64,000 nt of DNA from Azolla caroliniana (GCA_043228905.1 JBHGNT010000001.1:23374001-23438000), one strand, 5' to 3'; shown: positions 40,281 to 53,336, numbered from the stretch's first letter. The notes: generated by a model not told the origin, from the letters alone. Numbers and translations: made by a program.

Positions 40281-42975
40281 AGGAGTGATCATGAATGTAT
40301 TTTTGGCTATTAAGTGTAACTACATTCCGCTTGTAACAAATCAAGTAATATAAAAGCATGTGTTTTGAATTCTTATGATTTCTAATAAATCGTTTCTTAT
40401 AAAATAACATTGGTTGTAAAGTTTGTGATATAAATTGAGAATGTAACTTTTTGAAATTCCTCTTTTTTTAGTTACTTCTAAATCACGAAAATAGTGGATT
40501 TTTAACCTTTTTCATAGTATGTTTGAACATGTATGATACTGGTATCAATGTGTTTTGTAAAATCATTGAAAAAGACCTAAAATCAACCAAAATTTTCCAT
40601 ATCCTTCCATTTATGCGCGATCCTTCCACTTGTGAACGCGAACGTGTTACTATTCTAATTTTGCGTAGAGACCATATTCTCAAAGTCGACGTAGTACCTG
40701 ACGAACATGTTCATCATGCTCCTCTTAGGTCTTCGAGTAGATTAAAATATCATCCAAGTAAACTATAGTGAAGATATCGAGAAAATCTTGAAAAATATTA
40801 TTCGCCATATTATGTTGGAAAACTGCAGGTGCATTCGTGAGACTGAATGACATCACAGTATACTCAAAATGTCCATAGTGAGTGCGAAAAGTAGTCTTCC
40901 ATTCATCGCTCGGACGAATCCAAACTAGATTATATGCACCGCGACAGTCCAACTTCGTGAAATATTTTGCTCCACTGAGACGTTCCAAAAGATTCAAGAT
41001 TAACGGTAGAGCATATCTATTCCGGATAGTCACTTTGTTTAGCCCTCAATAATCCACGACCAACTGAAGAGTCCCATTCTTTTTCTTAACGAAGAAGATA
41101 GGTGCACCAGAAGGGGATCTAGAATGCCGAATGAATCCGTTTGCGATATTCTCATCAATATATTCCCGCAAAGTCTCTAGCTCTACATGGGAGAGATTAT
41201 AAATTGGGTCTCATGGAGGTTCTTTCCCTGGTTGTAAGTCAATAGGGCAGACGTATGGTCGATGCTCCGGCAATGTATTGGTCTTCACCTTATCAAAGAC
41301 GTCTGAGAACTCTTTGTATTTCTCTTGTAGTTTAATGTCCGCTTCATGTAAAGTGGATGATGGAGTTGCTACTATTGCGAAGACGAACATGGCCTCGTTC
41401 CCCCCTTCCTCACGCAACTATCGTAGAGAGATGGTCGATAACTTAGGGGATCTAGTATCACATGTCAGAGATTTGAGGGATGTGGGGTTTGTGCTTTTTT
41501 CCCTGGTCTCCTCAATTGTTCTTTTCATGCAATCAATCTTCGGGTTATGGAGTTCAAACCAAGGGAGACCTAGAACTATTGGGTGTTCCGGACTGCGAAT
41601 AATGTTGAAAGAGAGCTCCTATTTTGGCCGAACTTACTCGTTTAACACATCCTCTAATTGGCTCAATCCATCGAATCTATTCTCATGGCATGGACTATGA
41701 GGCTTAAGTCTTATGTTATTAGAAGTAACAATGGAACTCGAAGTAGGGTTGTCATGTGCATTTACTTTGTATACTTGACGTCTAGGTTTATGTGGGTAAT
41801 TATGGCTATATGTCCTGGACCGCCACAATACAAGCATAGGCGATGCAATCAAAGGCGTTCCTTCTCAGCATTTGATAAAGGCCCATGATGTTGTGTTGAC
41901 TTTATTTCCATCGGAGTTGGGCCATTCCTTGTAATGGGTCTAGAAACTAGTGGAGGTGTTGCGACTATGGAAGCGTAAGTTTGTTTTGGTTGGCGGAGTA
42001 ATATTTGTTGGCGCTCAGAACATACCTCAGATAGGCGATTATCACATCGCACGACTCGACTAATGGTCTCTGTAAATGGCTTTGGATCTTTAGGGAAAGT
42101 AAGAAGAAGATCTTTGACATCATTACGCAAACCTTGACGGAATTGATCCATTAAGGCCGCCTCATCCCAAGGGATCTTGCATGCCAAGAGACAGAAATCA
42201 GTTGCGTAAGCCGGCGCGGGACGATCTCCTTGTCAGAGCCTTCGAATCTTGTTTATCATTGTCCTAGTGTCGTCGGTGTCTCCGAAACTAGCTTGAAACT
42301 CCTTAACAACTGCCTCGAAATCCTCCAACAACGGCGATTTCTTCTCGAGAAGTGGTGCGAACCATGCTAATGTTGTACTGCATAGCAAAGTTCCCACTAA
42401 TCACACGCGAGCAACGTCAGTTGGATACGGATTGGGATGTAGCTGAATAACCAGACGAACTTGATTCAAAAAGCCTCGAAATAAAGACCTCGTACCATCA
42501 AACTTGGCGGGGAGGCTAATCTTTGATTCTTTAGGGGAGTTCTGAGCCCCCGACGCTTGTTCTCGTAATGATAATATAGTCACCTCGAGTTGGTGAACCC
42601 GTTGTGATAACTCTTCATATTGTTGAGCTTTTTCAGTGCTCACTTGTTGTAGGTCCCCAAGTAGTCTTTGATTTTCATGCTCTAATGCCACAAATTTATT
42701 CGCGTGCATGTCGAGCTCAGAAAGAACACGCATATACTCCTATTTGCTCAAGGACTCCATAGCTTACGAGGGGATAGGAGAAGGAAGAAGAGAACTTGTT
42801 AGGGTTTGTGGAAGAGGAAGAAATGAAAAAATTGTTTCAAACTATCAAGAGAGAGAGAGAAAGAAAGAAAAGAAAGAAATATTAACATCTTCTTAAGGCC
42901 AAAATTGGCCCATGAGACAGTTGGTTTACAACAAAATGGGTATTTATCCAATCGTCAGAACTAAAATATTATATT

Positions 42976-43033
<58 letters not shown>

Positions 43034-43493
43034 ATAGTGCTAAGACAAAGAAAGAGAGAGAATTGAAAGGGAAATATTATATTGCAAAGTAAAACGGATT
43101 ACAAGGAGTGGGCAACAAAGTGCTATAGAATAGCATTGAACCAATTTAGTTTTCCGATGATTGATAGATCCCTATTTATAAGTAATATAGAACACTCTAG
43201 AATATTCTAGGTCATCCTAGAATGTAGAGTAATCTAGAAGGTTTTTAGAGTATTCTAGAATATTCTAGTGTATAGAACACTCTAGAATATTCTAGGTCAT
43301 TCTAGAATGTAGAGCAATATAGAATATTCCTATGATATTAGATTATATATTCTAAAAACTATACATATAAGAATATTAATACAATGGTTAAGGATTTGAC
43401 ATGTGTATAACAAAGTCGTGGGTTCAAATCCTTTCGAGGCATGATGTGAGTGTAATGATCCTTTTGAGGCATGATGTGAGTTTTATCATGACA

Positions 43494-46124
43494 AATAGAA
43501 GCCTAGAAATGGTGTACGTTAGGCACCACACGTAGATCAAAAGATCAAGGTGCGGGCACCACGACCTTTGGCCATCATCTTCTCGAACTTGGCAGCCAAC
43601 ATCAGATGATCATATATAATGGTTTAGCCAATTGGCCAGGCTCACAAGAGCTCACATGTTTCCCACATGGAGGAGGGGAAATCATAGTTGATTATCTAAT
43701 AGGACGCCCTGAAGCTATCCACATGATTAACTCCTTCCGGGTGGCCCCATGTCCTATTGGTGCAAACCGTAGTTTCTTATACTTTGAGCTAAAATGTGAT
43801 ATCTGCAATGTCACCAACTCTAGTCGACCAAGCCATCACACCACAATATATTTCACACATGAGATCCTTGACATATACTCCCGACATGTTCAGGCCCATC
43901 TCTCCTCTCTTGATTCCTCCTTGCCTTTAGAAGGTCTTACTACGGAACTCACACACATCCTTCACTCCACAACAATTAGCAGTTCCCCATATATGAAACA
44001 CTTCAATCATGGTAGAGAAGGGTCTATGCCACATAATAGATGGTATGATGAGGATTGTAGGGACTTACATAGACAATTGAAAGTATCACAACTCAGTGGT
44101 ACTATCACCTCAGTACAAGCCCGCAAAGAAATGTGCAAGATGACACGTTGTAAGAGATGAGTGTGGGAAGCATCCCAATATTGGGAACTCTACCATATGC
44201 TCATGAGTAGCGATTGCGCCATTATGTGGAAGAGACTACGAGAACCAAAACCACAAACACTAATCGAGGATCCCAACACTTGGCACACATATACAGAGAG
44301 ACTTTACCAAGTTCCAAACCAGCCTCCCATTTCAATGCCTTCTACACCCCGGCCTACCATGGGGACACTTTTCACAACCTCTAGGGTCATGAAGGTCACA
44401 AAGAAATTACAACATAGGAAGTCCATGGACCACACAAGATTGCGAGCAAAACACATCATATATGCGTGAGAGTGGCTAGATCCCTTTCTAACTCTAATCT
44501 TCAATCGAGCCCTCACCAAGGGTTTTTCCACCATAGTGGACTATGAACACAGTGGCCCCCATACATAAAGGAGGGGACCCCAAGGACCCAAATACATATA
44601 GGACCATTATGATAGGCCATACAGTCGCTAAATTATACGGTGCAGTAATGGAAGCAAAGCTTAACGATTATATGGAGACCTTAAATGTTCGAGCACCTGA
44701 ACAGGTTGGCTTTAGACGAACCTTCTCTACAATTGATCATATATTCACACTTAGATGCTTAATTGACCAGACAAAGGCTCGTAAAAAGAAATTATATTGT
44801 TGTTTTGTGTACTTCCACAAAGCCTTTGACACAGACCCTAGAGAACGGTAGTTTGATAGGCTTAAAAGCTTGAAGATACCTGATGTCATGATTTGGGCCA
44901 TCTACTCACTATATGAGCAAGTCTCAGGGTGCGTACGATGCCTAGGTGGCCTATCCGATTGCTTCACTAGCACTATTGGTGTAAAGCAACCCCTATCACC
45001 GACTTTTTTGGGATCTACATTGAATCTACATTGATGAGATCACAGATGTTATTGCTCGTAATGGAGGCAACGAAGTAGTCCTTGGGGGTACATAGGTTCG
45101 TATCTTGATCAATGCATATGACATAGGTTTGCTCTCTAAGTCCGAACACAACCTACAAAGGCACATTAATGCCTTAGGTGACCTTTGCACACAAAGAGGA
45201 TTGGTAGTGAACCTAGGGAAAACTAAAGTCCTTATCTTCCACATATTGGTTCAAGTTAGAACTAAGTGTTAGTTAACCATCTCCCATATGCTAGTTGAGG
45301 TGGTTGGTTCATATGTATACCTCGGAGTGACTTTCTATGCCCGCTCAGGTAAGGTTTTGATGGACATGCACCCCTCTCACTCTTAGAGAGACAATGCCAC
45401 CATGCATACTTTCAAGAGGCACGGACTAAGGGGTGGCTCTTCGACTCATTAGTGACCCCCTCCCTCATGTATGCATCAGTGGTTTGGGCTCTAGGGCTAC
45501 CATCTTTCATGTGGATGCAATTGGAGAGACCATTGGTGATGATGCTATCACGCCAACTCCGAAACAAATCGACAGTACCACATGGCATTATACTTAGAGT
45601 TGAGTTCACTTTACCCCCGATTTTAGTAGAAGCACTCTTTCAAATTGTACTCTTTATTCATAGGATACATAGCCAAATACATTATAGGATATCTCATCAA
45701 GCTTTTGAGGCATCTCGATCACCATATGAGTCCGGCAATACTAGCTCATGGTATGGCATGATGGTGAGTTGGCTTTTTGCAAACGATCTAGCCATTAATA
45801 ACCTACCACCCCTTAGGTACAAACATGTGATTGATAACACTTTAATCTATCATGAGGACCGCAATAAAGTAATACGTCAAGAAATATGGCAAATTTACAG
45901 CTAAACTGTTGTACTATAAGGAACACTTCATGCACTTCTCTAAGTTAGGTTTTATTACACGACCAAAATATCTAGATACATTCTTACCAAATGCACTAAG
46001 GGTTGCCATTGGACAACTTAGAATATCATCTCACCAACTTGAGATTGAGAATGGTCGTACTACTGGCGTCCCTAGAGAGGAAAGGATATGTAGATTATGT
46101 CACATAAACACTGCAATGGCTTGA
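43494..46124 (+). mobile_element. LINE 3' part: endonuclease C-half, RT and C-terminal zinc finger (RTEX-like), decayed
   Basis: GHHLLELG, IVDYLI, WYDEDC, PIHKGGDPKDPNTYRTI, QVGFRRTFSTIDHIFTL, FVYFHKAFD, VNLGKTKV, YLGV and LRISSHQLEIENGR...REERICRLC. Confidence 0.9.
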
Positions 46125-46140
46125 GCAAGGATCAAGATCC

Positions 46141-47285
46141 ATGAACATGGTTGTTATTGAGTGTTGTCGGCAACAGACGACGAGTCTACAAAAGGATTTG
46201 CTACCATCTATGAGTGCACCACCAACAACCAATGTGCCAAGAAGAGGTTCAATTTGTCATAAGCAGTTACTAGTTTGTGCGGTAGTAGGAGTCATGCTCG
46301 AACTTTTGCAAGAACTGATTGGTAGATCTCTAAAAAAGACCAAAATACATGTCATAAGACTACAAAGACATGTTCATCATGCAAAGAGGTGGTTGCCAAT
46401 ATATGAGACTGAAAAGGTTCGGTGTTTGAATTGTGATGGCTTGACATTGACTTCAAGGGACTCTAGTGTTGATTGCTCCAAAAATTGTGGGTGTATTTTG
46501 CCATCCTCAGAACAAGAGCCATGATCTCTGACTTTTTATTAGATCTTGTGTTTTTTTAGGTTATTGGTGTCTAGAGTTTTTGTATCTGAAACTACAAGAT
46601 TTTGATCTCTAAATATATATAACTAAACTTTTTTTATGGTGGCTGAAAAGTTATGACTATAATGTTTTTGGTGGCTTGGAATTTTTATAGTAGCTGAAAT
46701 TTGAGAATCATTTCAATCGGAAAATCTAGATTATTGGTCTCTCATGATCTTTGACGTTTTTCATATTGTAGAATATGTGTGATCTTTGAAGCTTTTCGTG
46801 ACTGAAATTTTTTTATCTTTGACGTTTCTAGTCTCTTCAAAAAAAAATGGTGGCCAAATTTAAAATTTTGGATGGAATCTGATAATTAAATGTGTTTCCA
46901 ATTATCTCTAACTTTTTGCTCACATTCATGATGGCTCAAGTTTTTGGTGAGTGGAGTTTTTATATCTAAAACTCATAGATTTTGACCGATGAATATGTTT
47001 TTGAAAATTTTTGGTGATCTTAGAAGTTTTTGAAGTTTCCAGTCTCTTTAGAAATTTCAGCCAGTTAGATGCAGGTAGCTAGGGTTGGACCAGGTTAGAG
47101 AAAAGATGGTTGGGTTAGCAACTTTGGGTCAGTTAGACGTGCGGCGGCATTGGGACAAAGTCGGGTTAGACGTGATAGTCGGATTTAGATGTTGCAGAGG
47201 TTACATAAAGTCGGGTAAGAATTTCCCAACTACCTGGGTTAGACATGATAGAGGTTGGTCACAACCGAGTTAGTTATGGGCACAC
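46141..47285 (+). mobile_element. Remnant of a probable DNA transposon end (Cys/His-rich ORF tail plus subterminal repeats)
   Basis: SWIM-like ECT..QC / RGSICHKQ and CLNC..CSKNC residues, then an AT-rich degenerate repeat tract and GGGTTAGAC repeats. Family uncertain. Confidence 0.35.
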
Positions 47286-47989
47286 ACTTTTTGTAGATAA
47301 TGATATTATCGAAACACACCCTGCACTGTCCGTGAGCACAATTCTCTCACATGCCTCTTTATGATTTGGTAGCAAATAGACACAACTGTGTGTGTGGCAC
47401 AGTTGTTAAAAAATGGATATTCTTTTAGAATACTCTTAAAGTATTTAACATGTATTCTACATTTTAGAACTACCATTTGAAAATGTCTCACACATTTAAC
47501 ATATTCAAAGTATTCTAGAATCTACATATTTAACAAGTCTATTGCGTTCCCTGAAAATTAAAGGAAAAAAGAAAATTGACCTAAAAATATTTGTCAAATG
47601 TAATACAAACATAAGAAAAAAATTCTATGTATCCTAGCGTATTCTATATATTTAATGTGTTTTTAAAAATGGTTGAATACTTTTTAAGCCCTTAAAATAC
47701 ATATTCTACGTAAATTGTATGCCAAATATTTTACCACAATGGTATATAAGCGACGAAATTTCAAATTTTTTCAATAGCACTATTGGTGTTAAGGTAGGCT
47801 ACTCACTATCATGAAATCTATTTGTTCTACACATTGATGAATTAGAACTTTTTCAATGGTTTGTAAAGGAAGATGACATTGAAAAGTTGTCATCAAAAAT
47901 GTGGTCATCATGCTTTTGTTGTACACACGATAGGGTGTTTTTTGCAAGTTCTTTAGGAGGATCCCGCAACTTTCCTAGGACTTCTTTAC

Positions 47990-48235
47990 CAAAACCTATT
48001 CTACTATCTTCTTTCAATCTCTTTGTAGGAATTTCTTTTCTGTCAAATATATGTTGTCTGGTTACACGAGGAACTTCTCCTTGTACAAATCTTCCAAAAA
48101 TATACCCTTAAAACATTGCATTTTATTTTCAGATCTATGTAGACTTTCTTGTCACACATAGCATCAGGATCAATGTTCATAATATGTAGGGTGTTGCATA
48201 CAAAATGAAGGAAGCAAAAATAAACAAACACTAGT
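47990..48235 (-). pseudogene. Diverged partial duplicate of the neighbouring TBC gene (intron 4/exon 5 junction)
   Basis: DPDAMCDKKVYIDLKIKCNVLR matches DLDAAFDREVYMDLKLQCNALR, and MFVYFC matches intronic MFVHFC at ~50465. Confidence 0.7.
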
Positions 48236-48524
48236 ATTAATCAACATCACATGGTCATCACCTAGTTCAAACCTGTTGATTGGATAAAATTGCTTAGTTT
48301 ACCTTAATAGTCGCCAAATTAGAGACTCCTCTTTGCAACTTTGAGCATTATCCTATTTGCCCTCTTCCAATCTTCTCACTTCCGTCTTACAATCTGACCA
48401 AAAAAAAAACATCTCCAAACTCCTTATCTCTTAAGCTAGAGCCCCGAATTCTTTAATGACTTTTGATGCATGAACTATGCTAAATTTCACAACCACCGAG
48501 ACCTCCTACTTTAATTAAGATTGT

Positions 48525-48945
48525 CTAGACCAATGTCACATGAATCATCTTCTCTCTCAAACCATTCCAAAGAATATGTTACAAAGGAAACAATACAAAA
48601 AATCCAAGCTTTGCATAAATGATCATGGTCAATATTAAGTGGCTAGAAATACAATCATGTGAATGAATTGTAACCATCTCATATTGTGGATGTATATCCC
48701 AATGGATTTTACATAATCTTAAAACAATGATGGTCGCCTAGACCCACGTCACAAGAATCATCGTCTCTCGTAAATCATTCCAAAACCATTTGTTACCAAG
48801 GAAACAATTCCAAAAAATCCACCTAGCAGAAATGATCATGGCCATTGTTTAAGTTGCAAAAATTACAAACATGTGAATGAATTGTATACATCTCATATCG
48901 AGGAAGTATATCCCAGTGGATTTTACATAATCTCAAAACAATGTC
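48525..48945. repeat. Two-copy ~212-bp tandem duplication
   Basis: CTAGACC..GTCACA.GAATCATC...GGATTTTACATAATCT.AAAACAATG repeated. Confidence 0.85.
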
Positions 48946-49280
48946 GATTTCTTGGATAACATTCTCTCATAAGACCAGAGATTTTGAGAAGACTCTCTAG
49001 ATTTACCCATATGCATTCTCCTTTAAGATTTTGGAAAGAAAACCTTAAGGCGCCTCTTTGAAGAGAGTAAGACTCTAAAAAGCAATTCATCCACTGGGTT
49101 GAAGGCTTCAAATGTAGTACAACCACTCTCAGTTTAAAGCACTTGTTTTTTTAGCATACTGAAGTTGTTGCGGCAATAACAACCCACAAAAATGATTGTG
49201 AATGTATGCAATGTAAAAGATGCTTCAATTATAAGAATGTTAGCCAAAGTTAGTTGAAAATGTGTTAAGTTGATTAATCC

Positions 49281-52200
49281 TCAATCTGGAACCCGGCCAT
49301 GAATTGCAGATAACAGTTCACGTGCATCATCCAAAAGAGTCCAAACATCTAAATGACCAGCCATATTATGGCATTCCTTAAGAATCTCATCTAAGCCTTT
49401 ACATTTCTCGAGGATAACTTTTCTCCTTTGACGAACTGCAGCCACTATTACATACAAGATTAAGTCATCAGTTAACAATTGTTTCCTCCTTATCTTCCAT
49501 GAAGAGGATTTAGTTTGACCCAGTGCCACAGCCTTCTTCTCTGCCCATATAACTTCCCATAAATAAATAGTTTGCTCAAAGGTAAGTTCTCTTCTCAACA
49601 AGACCACTACCATCCGGTAAACAAAGAAACAATCTTGGGCTTGAGTCCTCTCAAAGTGCGAATGCAAACCTTGGTCCCCTACCTTGAAGATGTTTGATAT
49701 TTTGCCGAGTTGTCGACGGATACCAACCTCATCCCTTCGGTAGTTATGACGAGCTGAATTCATGAATTGAACGAAGCACCAAAATGCTTCACAATCATCA
49801 TCCAGAAGAGCTACAAAGGGTGAGAGGAGATCACTCATACCTTGACAATACCCTATCTCTGGGTCAAAGAGTGCATAGGCTTCTAATATGCTTACAAGGC
49901 GAGCTGCGTGATGCTGTCGGCATGGCTCTAAGTGTTCATCATCTTTTAGACCAACATTGGAAGCAAGCTCCCATGCCATTTTGTGAGTCACATTAGCTTG
50001 ACTAGGAGAATAAGGAATCCATTCAGCATTCATTCGTACAGCATCCAACCGAATGATCCTTTGCCATGTCATGAAATCCTCAGGTGCGTTAATCCATTTT
50101 CCTCCTTTAGGATCGACATTCTCTACTTTGTCCACCATTTGTGCAGTAGGAATTTTGCTACTTTGCAAGGATGAGTCTTCTTCTTTACAATCATCATCTC
50201 CAAAAATCTCTTCACTGCTATCTTCTTCTGTAGAGACAATATCATCTCTTTCTAAGACTTTGTTCTTTATTGAATATATCTTTTCTGGTTGCACAAAAGA
50301 AGAACTCGAGTCCTCAGATGAATCTTCCAAAATGTTTTCCCTCAATGCATTGCATTGCAGTTTCAGATCCATATAGACTTCCCTGTCAAATGCAGCATCG
50401 AGATCAATTTCTGTGATATTAAGGTAGTACATATGAAAAAAAGGGAGCAAAAGTGAACAAACATTTGGAGCAATAGAGGACCTACAAGAACATAATTTGA
50501 GAAGAATTTCATTAAGGTTAAATTGAGAATATCAAAGCACCTTTTCCTAGTTTTTTCTGCCTCTCGCTCCATTTGAGTACTATCCAACTCATAACTGCAA
50601 AAGAATAAGAGAATAGAAGATTGTAGACACTCATTATAAATAGATTTCGGTTGAAAATTTATCCTCAAAACTATTAATGAAACTCACAAGCCCAAGAGAA
50701 AAAGCCAAACTTCAGCTCGGATACTTGGATCAACACCCTGCATATGTCAAAGAGACACACACATATATCCCATCAGGAGCATTTGAAACAAGTAATTTAA
50801 GGAAATGTAATAAACCCTAATTTTGTTAGAATCCTTTGTGAATACTGCAAGTTCAAAGTGAGCAGTATCTAGATTAACCAGCCTCTAAACTTACTATCAC
50901 AACTAGTTAATACATATACATATACATAGTGACAAAGATATAGATATAGATAAAATCTATTACATACATACAATAACTAGTATATAGTTAAAGATTTAGA
51001 TGCATACATACAATAGATAGATAGATTATGTGAAGAAAACAATGTTCATATATACATACATATGTATATAACTTGGATTAGATATACACTGGTTAAACAT
51101 CTCTTTCTCTTAAAAACTCACTAATTCAAAAATGCCATTCCATCATTTCATCAAGATTTTCTCAACACTTTCATTAATTCATTCACATTTGAAGTAGTCT
51201 ACAAAACTGATTAAACAGACTGCTTCAGTATTTTCACAAACATTTCCATAAAGAACTTTCACAAACACAAGCAGATATTTTTTCATTTAGAGAAAAATGC
51301 TGCAAGTTTTCCTTAATACTTATTGAGATACCCCCAAGTTTTCCTTATTTCCCCAAATGTCCTTTGCCAACACCCTCATATGTGCTATTTGAAAAGCTAT
51401 CTGGTAAATTCACTCAATTTTCCTCAATTATACATTCTATTTCAGAAAGTACATGCGTGGTTTATCCCCCTTTTTTCTCTATTTTCAGGGCATTCAGGAA
51501 ATAATGAAAACTTAACAACATTTACGGAAACAAAGAAAAATTCAGGCACTTCTGTGTTTCCCTTGTCATTACCTTTCATTTCATTTTATTCTATCTAGCC
51601 ATGCAAAGAAGGTAATCTAATACAAAATGACGCATTCTTGCAAGAAATTTGAACTCACTCCAAAACGAATTTTTTTCAGAATCTTGTGGGGATTGAGCAG
51701 GCGCCCTGATTCACACTCAAATGCAAGTTGCCATTGTTTCGGTGTGAGTAGACTTCTTCTCCTTCTCCTTTTATTGAAAGGAGATCTAGAGACATCATAT
51801 ATGCAGCATGTCAGCCTATTCAGCTCAATTTGAAATAGCAAGGGTAATAGAAAATTGAAACTAAAATGCAATCAACCCTCTGATTCCCACCAAGCAAGAA
51901 GATAATAGAATGCAATCACACTTTTAAGACTAAAATACAAATCTAAAATTAGCCTTCTGAGTTGAGCTGTGAATAACAAGGGCAAAAGAATCTTTAAAAT
52001 CCAATTACCTAACCACCAAAAACCCCAATAAAATCTTCTATCCTAGCCAACTAAAACCAATCAAAATGTAAACAGCCATTCTGCAGCTAAAATCATAAAT
52101 ATAAAAATGCAATCACCATTCTGCGATTAAAATGCACTCAGTCTTCTGAGTTTAGTTGTGAACTTGATGCAAACAAAAACATTGAAATGCAATTGGCTTT

Positions 52201-52962
52201 CTCAATCACCGGAAAAGATTCCCAGAATGCAAAACGAACCTCCTGTGTTTAGTTGTCTGAACCTGAAGGACAACAACAAAAACTTCAAATGCAATCAGCC
52301 TTCTGAACCCCTAGGAACACCTAAAATGAAATCAGCCTTCTAAACTTGGTTGTGAATCGAATTCTATCAACCCTTCAGTACCCCAAATAGTGAAAACAAG
52401 CCATATAATAGTGAACCACAATGGAAAACAAAACCCTAAAACTGCAATGAGCCTTGTGATTAACAAAAGGGGGAAGCCCTAGAAATGGAATGAATGTCGT
52501 ATTAATCATTAGGAAAGAACCTGAAAAAGGTAATTAGCCTTCTAAGCCCTAAATTTTGCTTTCTGTCACAACAGTGCTGTCATTAACTCTACAACTCATT
52601 TCAGGTCTTCACTTTAAATGCAGAGAAAGATCCCTAAAAGTGCTTCAACTCTGAGGCGATCTAGCTCGAGAGTGAACAATCTACTCTATCCAGATCTACA
52701 GAGAGAATAATGACCTAGTTCTATAGGCTCGTTTTACCTCTCTGGTTTCCAGAGATGGAGAGAGAGAGAGAGAGAGCATTGATCCAAATAGGGAAAGAGA
52801 ACATAAAAACCTGCGGTTGTAAATAGCCGCAGCTACTGCGACACCAGCGAGAGCAGTGATGGTGACACCAACAGCAACAGATAAATGACTGTGTTGAGTG
52901 GGAGGAGGAGGAAGAGGATTTGGCGATGGCGATGGCGATGGTGATGAAGAAGAGTTGGACAT
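49281..52962 (-). CDS. RABGAP22: TBC-domain Rab GTPase-activating protein (RabGAP22-like), ~494 aa, with an N-terminal hydrophobic segment
   Basis: Exons 52962-52811, 51785-51659, 50737-50688, 50594-50541 and 50382-49281, phase-consistent. GVDPSIRAEVWLFLLG, Arg finger IIRLDAVR, Gln finger GYCQGMSDLLSP, FVYRMVVVLLRRELTFEQT. The exon-2 acceptor has an in-frame alternative upstream. Confidence 0.92.
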
Positions 52963-53123
52963 GGCCGCCTGCTGCAGGGAAGGGAAAAGAGGAAAGCTTC
53001 ATGGAGAGAAGACGACGAGGTCTCATAGAAGAAGAAATCCTTGGTCGGAAGTGACAGGTATGATTTTTACGGAGAGGGGGGAGATCCCAGGTATGGCAGA
53101 CAGACAGACAGAGATCAGCAGAG

Positions 53124-53336
53124 CTCTGCTCTGCTCTGCTCTGCTCTTCTCTGCTCTTCTCCGCCTCCGAAGAGGAAGAAGAAAATGATGACTGAACAAT
53201 AATACTAATACTAATACTAACGCTTATACTAATACTAATACTAATACTAATACTAATACTAATGCTAATCATAATAATGGAATATGAGTAGATAAATAAT
53301 TAAATGAGGCGTATAGCGGGGGGGGGGGGGGGGGGG
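53124..53336. repeat. SSR cluster upstream of the TBC gene: (CTCTG)n, (AATACT)n, G19
   Basis: Directly visible; poly-G at 53318-53336. Confidence 0.9.

Larger units (their letters stand above)
34756..40652. mobile_element. Putative DNA transposon with two divergent genes and a hairpin array
   Basis: Right boundary where Gypsy RT homology stops (40652/40653). Candidate ends CTAGTGAAA (34756) and TGTTACTA (40652). Contains a transposase-like pseudogene. The left end is tentative. Confidence 0.6.
34630..43493 (-). mobile_element. Ty3/Gypsy (Tcn1/chromovirus-like) insertion into the LINE. Surviving parts: LTR ~42975-43493, gag-PR-RT 42760-40653 and a ~40-bp stub of the other LTR at 34630
   Basis: TG at 34630 and CA at 43493 flanked by 5-bp TSD AATAG. 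Gag LPAKFDGTRSLFRGFLNQV and FRQGLRNDVKD, CLYCGGPGH knuckle, [26 protein letters not shown] and YLDDILIYS, truncated after YGLYAKLE. Confidence 0.88.

Noticed and set aside
40625-40655. Canonical Helitron 3' end
   Set aside because: The hairpin is degenerate, the end reads CTAT rather than CTRR, and no Rep/helicase is seen; kept only as a candidate terminus.
50383-50450. TBC protein starting at MLPFFHM (ORF track)
   Set aside because: This is read-through into intron 4; conserved upstream TBC exons splice in phase at 50382.
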